In this document: one piece after another, positions 19,199-25,831 of the stretch | Numbering within the stretch: position 1 is the stretch's first letter | How the letters are laid out: each line of letters begins with the position of its first letter | Assembly: GCA_017304105.1 (NCBI GenBank) | Contig: JAFKLU010000355.1 | Location: 1-36,265, forward strand | Origin: Sphingomonadales bacterium | Lineage (GTDB): Bacteria; Pseudomonadota; Alphaproteobacteria; Sphingomonadales; Sphingomonadaceae | Direction: 5' to 3' | Length of the DNA: 36,265 nt | Notes under the pieces: model-generated | Databases searched by the model: none | Seen by the model: the letters and a program-made list of their open reading frames with translations, nothing else | Told to the model about the DNA's origin: nothing | Translations under genes and position numbers: made by a program

Positions 19199-19709
19199 CG
19201 GTCTCGATCGGTTTGATGGTCGGCGCCTTGCTTTCCCCGGAGCAGGGCGTGCGCCCCTTCTCGCCCAGCGGATCGATCCAGCACAGATCGTGGTGGTCAA
19301 GTGGACGGCCGTCCCAGGCCTGGATGGTGACCGGGCGGATCGGCTTGCCGTCGCGCGTGTCAGAGAGGATCGGGCCGGCGCAGGGCTTGCCGCCCCAGCG
19401 CTCGCCCCATTGCCGCAGCGCGATCATCACGGGCACGAGGCCGCGGCCCTTCTCGGTCAGCCGATAGGCGATGCGGCGCTTGTCCTGCGCCACGGGCTCG
19501 CGGGTCAGGATCCCTTTGTCCACCAGCCGGGTGAGTCGATTGGAGAGGATATTGCGCGCGATGCCGAGGGATGCCTGGAAATCCTCGAAATAGACGATGC
19601 CATCGAACGCGGCGCGCAAGATGAGAAACGACCAGCGTTCGCCCATCGCTTCCAGTGCTGCCGGCAGCGCACAGCCTTCAAATGCATCGAGACCCTTGCG
19701 AGCGCCCAT
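19188..19709 (-). CDS. HxlR family winged-helix regulator
   Basis: GCALPAALEAMGERWSFLILR..FEDFQ..LGIARNILSNRL..YRLTEKG..LRQWGERW. Confidence 0.92.
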   Translation of the reverse strand: MGARKGLDAFEGCALPAALEAMGERWSFLILRAAFDGIVYFEDFQASLGIARNILSNRLTRLVDKGILTREPVAQDKRRIAYRLTEKGRGLVPVMIALRQWGERWGGKPCAGPILSDTRDGKPIRPVTIQAWDGRPLDHHDLCWIDPLGEKGRTPCSGESKAPTIKPIETDET

Positions 19710-19904
19710 AACCCATCGCTAGCGTATATTGCGCCCCGCGCCAAATGGGGAGTTTCGGCCGCCATGGCAAGGCTTTGATGGGCCGCGCGCCGGCCCCAAT
19801 GTGCTCAAGCGGTGACTCTCGTGGCGCATTTACATCAAGGAAGCGCAACGCCGTTGGAGTTTTCTGTTGCGCAGCAACCCCATGCCACACCATCTTGGGC
19901 AACG

Positions 19905-21998
19905 ATGCTGCGCCAATATGAACTTGTGGAACGGGTCAAGAGCTACGACCCAGACGCCGATGAGGCACTGATCAACCGCGCCTATGTGTTCTCGGTTGCC
20001 AAACATGGCAGCCAGAAGCGCGCGAGTGGCGATCCCTATTTCAGCCATCCCATTGAAGTCGCAGGCATTCTGACCGAATTGTTCCTTGATGATCGAACCA
20101 TCGTGACGGCCCTGCTGCACGATACGATCGAGGATACGCTCACCACCACGCAGGAGGTGGAGAAGCTGTTCGGCAAGGATGTCGCCCGGCTGGTCGATGG
20201 CGTCACCAAGCTCTCCAAGATCGAGGCGCAGAGCGAAAACCAGCGCGCGGCGGAGAATCTGCGCAAGTTCCTGCTCGCCATGTCGGACGATATCCGCGTG
20301 CTGCTCGTCAAGCTTGCCGACCGGCTGCACAATATGCGCACGCTGCACTTCATCCCCAGGGAGGAGAAGCGCCGCCGCATCGCGCGCGAGACGATGGACA
20401 TCTATGCGCCGCTCGCTGAGCGCATTGGCATGTACGAGTTCATGCGCGAGATGCAGCTTCTTGCCTTCCGGCAGCTCGAGCCCGAGGCCTATGAGAGCAT
20501 CACCCGGCGCCTCGCCCAACTCAAGGAGGGCGGCGAGGACAAGGTGGAGCGGATCGCCACCAACCTGGAGGCGATGCTGACAACCGCCGGGATGCGCGTC
20601 GCCGTCTCCGGCCGCGAGAAACATCCTTATTCGATCTGGCGCAAGATGCAGGAGCGCCACATCAGCTTCGAGCAGCTCTCGGACATCATGGCCTTCCGCG
20701 TCATCACCGATTCGACGGATGACTGCTACCGGGCGCTCGGCCTTATCCACCAGCGCTACAAAATGGTGCCCGGCCGGTTCAAGGACTATATCTCCACGCC
20801 CAAGCGCAACGGATACCAGTCACTGCACACGACGGTGATCCACGATGAGAATGCGCGCATCGAAATCCAGATCCGCTCGCAGCGCATGCATCGCGACAGC
20901 GAATTCGGCCTCGCCGCGCACTGGGCCTATAAGCAGGATGGCACGCAGCCGGACGGGCAGGCGGGCTGGTTGCGCGATCTCGTGGAGATCCTTGAGCAGA
21001 GCCAGGATGCCGATGAGCTGCTCGAACATACCCGCATGGCGATGTATCAGGACCGCATCTTCGCCTTCACGCCCAAGGGCGAGCTGCAGCAGCTCCCCAA
21101 GGGATCGACGCCGGTCGACTTCGCTTATGCGGTGCACACCAAGCTCGGCAACCAGACCGTTGGCGCCAAGATCAACGGCCGGGTCATGCCGCTGCGCACC
21201 CAGCTGGAAAATGGCGATCAGGTCGAGATCCTGAAGTCGGATGCACAGGAGCCGCAGCCCGGCTGGCTGAGCTTTGCTGTCACCGGCAAGGCGCGCGCCG
21301 CCATCCGCCGTTTCATCCGCCAGAAGCAGCGGGCCGAGACGATCGCGCTGGGCGAGAAGCTCTATGAGGAAATCGTCTCGCGCCTGCCGGTCGAGATCGG
21401 CGAGAAGGCGGAGAAAGCGGCGATCAAGCGCCTCAAGCTGGAGGACAAGGCGGCCCTGATGATCGCCATCGCGATGAACCGCGTGTCCGACGACGAGGTG
21501 CTGAACGCCCTCGTGCCCGGCAGCGTGGAGGATGCGCCCGGCAAGAAGAAAAAGCCGGCGCAGCATCAGGCGGTCTCGATCCTTGGCCTCACCCCCGGCA
21601 TCGCCTTCACCCTCTCGGAATGCTGCCACCCGGTGCCGGGCGACCGCATTGTCGGCCTGCGCCGGCCGGGCGAGCCGATCGAGGTGCACACCATCGATTG
21701 TCTGGCGCTGGAGACTGGTCAGGATGCCGACTGGGTGGACCTCTCCTGGGACAGCGAGGCCAAGGGCGGCACGGCGCGCCTCTCGGTGATCGTCAAGAAC
21801 CAGCCGGGCGCGCTGGCGATGGTGGCCAATATCTTTGGCGTGAACAAGGCCAACATCCTCAACCTGCAGCTCGTGAACCGCGAGGGGCCGTTCCATACCG
21901 ATCTTATCGACATCGAGGTGGAGGACGCGGGCCATGTCGCGCGCATCCTCTCGGCGCTGCGCGCGATCGATCCGGTGGTTCAGGCGGAGCGCGTCTAG
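19905..21998 (+). CDS. spoT: Bifunctional (p)ppGpp synthetase/hydrolase Rsh
   Basis: MLRQYELVERV start; HD domain (LLHDTIED, KLADRLHNMRT), synthetase (KDYISTPKRNGYQSLHT), TGS (TPVDFAYAVHT), CCHPVPGD, ACT. Confidence 0.97.
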   Translation: MLRQYELVERVKSYDPDADEALINRAYVFSVAKHGSQKRASGDPYFSHPIEVAGILTELFLDDRTIVTALLHDTIEDTLTTTQEVEKLFGKDVARLVDGVTKLSKIEAQSENQRAAENLRKFLLAMSDDIRVLLVKLADRLHNMRTLHFIPREEKRRRIARETMDIYAPLAERIGMYEFMREMQLLAFRQLEPEAYESITRRLAQLKEGGEDKVERIATNLEAMLTTAGMRVAVSGREKHPYSIWRKMQERHISFEQLSDIMAFRVITDSTDDCYRALGLIHQRYKMVPGRFKDYISTPKRNGYQSLHTTVIHDENARIEIQIRSQRMHRDSEFGLAAHWAYKQDGTQPDGQAGWLRDLVEILEQSQDADELLEHTRMAMYQDRIFAFTPKGELQQLPKGSTPVDFAYAVHTKLGNQTVGAKINGRVMPLRTQLENGDQVEILKSDAQEPQPGWLSFAVTGKARAAIRRFIRQKQRAETIALGEKLYEEIVSRLPVEIGEKAEKAAIKRLKLEDKAALMIAIAMNRVSDDEVLNALVPGSVEDAPGKKKKPAQHQAVSILGLTPGIAFTLSECCHPVPGDRIVGLRRPGEPIEVHTIDCLALETGQDADWVDLSWDSEAKGGTARLSVIVKNQPGALAMVANIFGVNKANILNLQLVNREGPFHTDLIDIEVEDAGHVARILSALRAIDPVVQAERV

Positions 21999-22032
21999 GG
22001 AACCAAATGGCGCCGAGCGGGGTCTTCGGAAC

Positions 22033-22557
22033 ATGAGGATACGAACAGCCCTTTCCGTCGCTCTCCTTGCCGCGCTGACGGCCTGCGACAAGGCGCCGCC
22101 GTCCGAGGCCGGGAACGTGCTGGCCTCCGCGCCGGTGGCCACGAATGAGCTCATGGCCGGCAACGTTGCCGCGCCTGCGGAGGCCGATGGCAAAAGTGCC
22201 GAAGCCGCACTGGCGCTGACGCGCGACTATTATGCGCTGATCGAGGCAAAGCGCTTCCCCGAAGCTGCCCTGCTGGTGCGCAATGGCGACGCGAGGAAGC
22301 TGGCGGACAAGTTCGGCAAATACCGCGCCCTGCGCGTTTCAGCCGGGCCGGCGGGCAAGATGGAAGGCGCGGCGGGATCGATCTACATCACCGTTCCCGC
22401 GACGATCGAGGCGACGAACGCAGACGGCACGGCCACGACGATCGAGGAGATCGTCACGCTGCGCCGCGTCAATGACGTGCCCGGATCAACCGAGGCGCAG
22501 CGGCGCTGGCATATCGAAGGAGTGGACGCCGCCGCGGTGAACCACCGGAGGCCGTAA
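22033..22557 (+). CDS. Putative lipoprotein of unknown function
   Basis: Lipobox LTAC after MRIR plus a hydrophobic stretch; C-terminal EGAAGSIY..TLRRVNDVPGST..RWHI. Confidence 0.75.
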   Translation: MRIRTALSVALLAALTACDKAPPSEAGNVLASAPVATNELMAGNVAAPAEADGKSAEAALALTRDYYALIEAKRFPEAALLVRNGDARKLADKFGKYRALRVSAGPAGKMEGAAGSIYITVPATIEATNADGTATTIEEIVTLRRVNDVPGSTEAQRRWHIEGVDAAAVNHRRP

Positions 22558-22580
22558 CCTGCTTCAAAGCTCGGTTGGGA

Positions 22581-23273
22581 CTATCCGCCGCAACTCACCA
22601 CGCCGCTGCCGCTCTGCCGCACCGTGCACGCCGCCTTGCCCGTGACCGCGATGCTGCCCGAGCCGGTGGCGACGATCTTCGCGGTGCGATCGGCCGAGGC
22701 TGCGACGCTGCCGGCGCCTTCCACGACGAGATTGAGGTCCGACACGGCAAGCCCCCCAGCCGCGAGCGAGCCGCTGCCCGAGACCTGCATGGCGACGCTC
22801 TTCGCCTTGCCGGCAAGCTGCACGGAGCCGGAGCCCAACTGCGCCACCGTCAGATTGTCGCTGGCGATGCCCGAAATTGCGAGGCTGCCGCTGCCGGAGG
22901 AGGCGACTTCCGCGCGCAGCTTGTCGAGGCCGTCCGCCTTGAGCGAGCCTGCGCCGGAAAGCTGGACGCGCCGGAGGTTCGGCACGCCAAGGGTGAGCCG
23001 CACCGATGCCGGGGAAGGGCCGCGCCGCGCCTCGTATAAGGCGGGCTTCAGGCGGATGGTGAGCACGCGCGCGGAGACATTGAGGTCGACGCGTTCGAGC
23101 AGATCGGCGTCGCCCTCGCCGCGCGCGGACACGCCCTTGCCGGTCCGGACATCGACCTCGATCGGCCCTTCGAGGCGAACGGTGTCGAAGTCGGTCACGA
23201 TGTAAGTGCGCGTGGCGGCACCGGCAGGCGCGGCGCCAAGCAGGGCGGCGAGCGCGATCAGCCTGCGGTGCAT
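22581..23273 (-). CDS. GIN / DUF2807 head-domain protein (secreted)
   Basis: Signal peptide ..AAPAGA; FDTVRLEGP; repeated xSGSGsl beta-helix units. Confidence 0.85.
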   Translation of the reverse strand: MHRRLIALAALLGAAPAGAATRTYIVTDFDTVRLEGPIEVDVRTGKGVSARGEGDADLLERVDLNVSARVLTIRLKPALYEARRGPSPASVRLTLGVPNLRRVQLSGAGSLKADGLDKLRAEVASSGSGSLAISGIASDNLTVAQLGSGSVQLAGKAKSVAMQVSGSGSLAAGGLAVSDLNLVVEGAGSVAASADRTAKIVATGSGSIAVTGKAACTVRQSGSGVVSCGG

Positions 23274-24025
23274 TGCGCTTCTCCCGAACCCATTCTGGAA
23301 ATCTTGCAGGCGCTGGTGCCGATCACCTGCGCGTTGCCGGAGCCCATGACGGAGACATCGGCGCCCCGGCTCGCATGAACGGCGATGTCGCCTGAGCCGA
23401 TGAGCCGCAGGGACGCCTGATCGGTGTGGAGCTTCTCGGCGTGCAGATTGCCCGAGCCGGTAGCGCTGAGCGCCGCTTGCCCCGCGCGCCCGGCTGCGCT
23501 CAGATCGCCCGAACCGGTCAGCGAGAGATCGGCCTCGTCCGCCTGCAGCGCATCGATGACGAGATTGCCGGGGCCGGTGAGATCCGCCTTCACCTGCGCG
23601 CCTTCCAGGCGATCGATGCTCATGTCGCCCGACCCGGCCAGCGAAACGCGCCGGAGCGCGGGCAGCGTCACGTAAACGGTCGCGGCGCTATTCTCCGGGC
23701 CACCGACCCAGACGCCACCCTTCTTGCGCCCCACATGCAGCGTGCCGTCCTTCACCTGCAGGTCGAGCCGTTCGAGCGCCCCGGAGGGGCCATCGACGCG
23801 CACCGCAAAGGTCGTTCCCCGCTTGATGACGACATCGTCCGGGCCGGTCAGCGCGACCGCCTCGAATCCCTTGAGATCGCCGAGCGTGCGGCTGGTTTCG
23901 CCTGCGGTCGCGGCCTCCTCATCGTCGCCGCCAAACTCGAACTTCAGGCCATGACCGCCCACGGTCGCCACCAGCGCGCCGAGCGCGACGATCCCGGTGA
24001 TCGCCAGACGTGTCTTGTCCTTCAT
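23258..24025 (-). CDS. GIN / DUF2807 head-domain protein
   Basis: N-terminal hydrophobic segment; FEAVALTGPDDV; repeated GSGD/GSGN units; SD GGAGA. Confidence 0.87.
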   Translation of the reverse strand: MKDKTRLAITGIVALGALVATVGGHGLKFEFGGDDEEAATAGETSRTLGDLKGFEAVALTGPDDVVIKRGTTFAVRVDGPSGALERLDLQVKDGTLHVGRKKGGVWVGGPENSAATVYVTLPALRRVSLAGSGDMSIDRLEGAQVKADLTGPGNLVIDALQADEADLSLTGSGDLSAAGRAGQAALSATGSGNLHAEKLHTDQASLRLIGSGDIAVHASRGADVSVMGSGNAQVIGTSACKISRMGSGEAQCTAG

Positions 24026-24038
24026 ATCTTTCTCCAGA

Positions 24039-24080
24039 CTGTATTGATGCGATAATACAGCTCGATGCGCGTGTCGCCAA
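24039..24080 (-). promoter_or_regulatory. Promoter TTGGCG-N17-TATTAT overlapped by the palindrome CTGTATT-N8-AATACAG (YtrA/GntR-like operator)
   Basis: Perfect 7-bp arms at 24039-24045 and 24054-24060; -35 at 24080-24075, -10 at 24057-24052. Confidence 0.7.
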
Positions 24081-24110
24081 GAGTCTCAATACGCGCGAGC
24101 GGCATCTCCC

Positions 24111-24151
24111 AAAAACAAAGGGCGGCCCCGTCGCCGGAGCCGCCCTTTGTT
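24111..24151 (-). terminator. Rho-independent terminator of carD
   Basis: AACAAAGGGCGGC..GCCGCCCTTTGTT 13-bp arms, with a U-tract on the minus strand. Confidence 0.85.
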
Positions 24152-24170
24152 CAGGCCATGCAGCGCTGCC

Positions 24171-24701
24171 TTACTCGGCGCGCTCCTTGGCATATTTCGG
24201 CGCAGCCTCGTTGAGGATGTGCAGGATCTTCTTGAGCGCGGTGGCCTCGTCCACTTCTTCCATCGCAGCCAGCTCGCGGGCGAGACGGCTGGAGGCCGCC
24301 TCGAAGATCTGGCGCTCGGAATAGCTCTGCTCGGGCTGATCGTCGGCGCGGAACAGGTCGCGCGTCACTTCGGCAATCGACACCAGGTCGCCGGAGTTGA
24401 TCTTCGCTTCATATTCCTGCGCGCGGCGCGACCACATGGTGCGCTTCACCTTGGGCTTGCCCTTGAGCGTCTCCAGCGCCTCGCCCAGCGTCTTGTCCGA
24501 CGACAGCTTGCGCATGCCGACGCTCTCGGCCTTGTTGGTGGGAACGCGGAGCGTCATGCGCTCCTTCTCGAAGCGGAGCACATACAGCTCAAGGTCGATG
24601 CCAGCGATCTTCTGGCTCTGCAGTTCAACAACGCGGCCGACCCCGTGCTTGGGATAGACAACATAGTCGCCGACGTCAAAGGACAGCGCTTTTGCAGCCA
24701 T
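24171..24701 (-). CDS. carD: CarD/CdnL RNA polymerase-binding regulator
   Basis: FDVGDYVVYPKHGVG, MWSRRAQEYEAKINSG, QSYSERQ. Confidence 0.96.
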   Translation of the reverse strand: MAAKALSFDVGDYVVYPKHGVGRVVELQSQKIAGIDLELYVLRFEKERMTLRVPTNKAESVGMRKLSSDKTLGEALETLKGKPKVKRTMWSRRAQEYEAKINSGDLVSIAEVTRDLFRADDQPEQSYSERQIFEAASSRLARELAAMEEVDEATALKKILHILNEAAPKYAKERAE

Positions 24702-24832
24702 TCTTGCGAACCTTTCTTTCTATTGGGAGATTGGCTGAATTGCGGAGCACCGGTTCTCTGTTATCAATCCGGTGCAGCCATAGGCCATGCGCAATCACTC
24801 CAGGGCGGCTTGGGATGCCGGTCCGCCCCTCA

Positions 24833-24848
24833 TTAACAGATTCGTAAC
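24833..24848. promoter_or_regulatory. Candidate CtrA box TTAA-CAGATTC-GTAAC with an embedded GANTC site
   Basis: One mismatch to consensus; GATTC in the spacer; lies in the fdxA-carD intergenic region. Confidence 0.55.
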
Positions 24849-25035
24849 AAAATTACCAGCCTGCTAATTGCGCAATCACTGGTATTTTGCGTTTTCGCGG
24901 CGGGCGGCACACCATAGGTGGCGTCCATGCCGTTCCGGCATTCCCCATATAGGCTCGTGGCATGGCCGGAGCGATCGGGCTGACAGGCAAAGCAGATCAG
25001 CGCCGCCGTGGGCCACATATATCCGAATTCCGCTG

Positions 25036-25059
25036 AACCGCCTATGAACATAGGCGGTT
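25036..25059 (-). terminator. Perfect hairpin after fdxA (no U-tract)
   Basis: AACCGCCTATG-AA-CATAGGCGGTT, 11 nt past the fdxA stop codon. Confidence 0.5.
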
Positions 25060-25070
25060 AACGGGAGGCC

Positions 25071-25409
25071 TCAGCTGCCTTCGCCGGGCTCGGGCGAGAA
25101 ATATTTCTCGAACTTGCCAGATTCGCCCTTGTGCTCGTCGGCATCGGCGGGCGCATCGCCCTTGGAAGTAATGTTGGGCCATTCCGCGGAGTATTTCGCG
25201 TTCAGCTCCATCCACTGCTCCAGGCCGCCCTCGGTATCGGGCAGGATCGCCTCGGCCGGGCATTCGGGCTCGCACACGCCGCAATCGATGCACTCATTGG
25301 GATTGATGACGAGCATGTTCTCGCCCTCATAGAAGCAATCGACAGGGCAGACCTCGACGCAGTCCATATATTTGCAGCGAATGCACGCGTCGGTCACGAC
25401 GTAGGTCAT
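25071..25409 (-). CDS. fdxA: 7Fe ferredoxin FdxA
   Basis: [37 protein letters not shown]. Confidence 0.97.
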   Translation of the reverse strand: MTYVVTDACIRCKYMDCVEVCPVDCFYEGENMLVINPNECIDCGVCEPECPAEAILPDTEGGLEQWMELNAKYSAEWPNITSKGDAPADADEHKGESGKFEKYFSPEPGEGS

Positions 25410-25439
25410 GGCAAGCCTTCCTTGGTATCTTCGCGCTCG

Positions 25440-25468
25440 CGATTATGCTCGCGACCGGCGAGCGTCAA
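25440..25468 (-). promoter_or_regulatory. Putative fdxA promoter TTGACG-N17-TAATCG
   Basis: Near-consensus -35 with a 17-nt spacer; the -10 lacks the -7 T. Confidence 0.5.
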
Positions 25469-25496
25469 CAGGCAACGGACTATCGCGCGCGCTAGT

Positions 25497-25808
25497 TCAG
25501 CTTTCGGCCGCCTGTTGTGCCTCCGGTGCACTGCCGGGCGTGATCGCGCTGTAGCAGAGTTGCGCCTCGGGCGCCGGTCCGCGCCGCTCGGGCAGCTTTT
25601 CGACGCGGATGACGCGGACCACATTGCCCTGCGGCAGGGTGATGAGATCACCCACGCGAACGGCCGCATGGGCGCGCTCTATGCGCCGGCCGTTGAGTCG
25701 CACGATGCCGCGCTCGGCCAGCGCCTGCGCACTCGACCGGCTGGGCGAGAGGCGAACGAACCAGAGGAACTTGTCCAGACGCAGGCTGGGGCCATGGCCA
25801 AGGGGCAC
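25497..25808 (-). CDS. S4-domain RNA-binding protein (Hsp15-like)
   Basis: LRLDKFLWFVRL..SRSSAQ..G.VRLNG; LPERRGPAPEAQLCY. Confidence 0.9.
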   Translation of the reverse strand: MPLGHGPSLRLDKFLWFVRLSPSRSSAQALAERGIVRLNGRRIERAHAAVRVGDLITLPQGNVVRVIRVEKLPERRGPAPEAQLCYSAITPGSAPEAQQAAES

Positions 25809-25831
25809 AGCCTGCGCGCTTCCGGACAGAC

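Noticed and set aside
19812-19904. Upstream in-frame extension of spoT (similar extensions on glnE, GST, the helicase and the M23 genes)
   Set aside because: The extensions cover promoter or repeat DNA; family-typical N-termini begin at downstream starts.
24833-25051. 72-aa minus-strand ORF between fdxA and carD
   Set aside because: Atypical codons, starts inside a hairpin and overlaps regulatory motifs.
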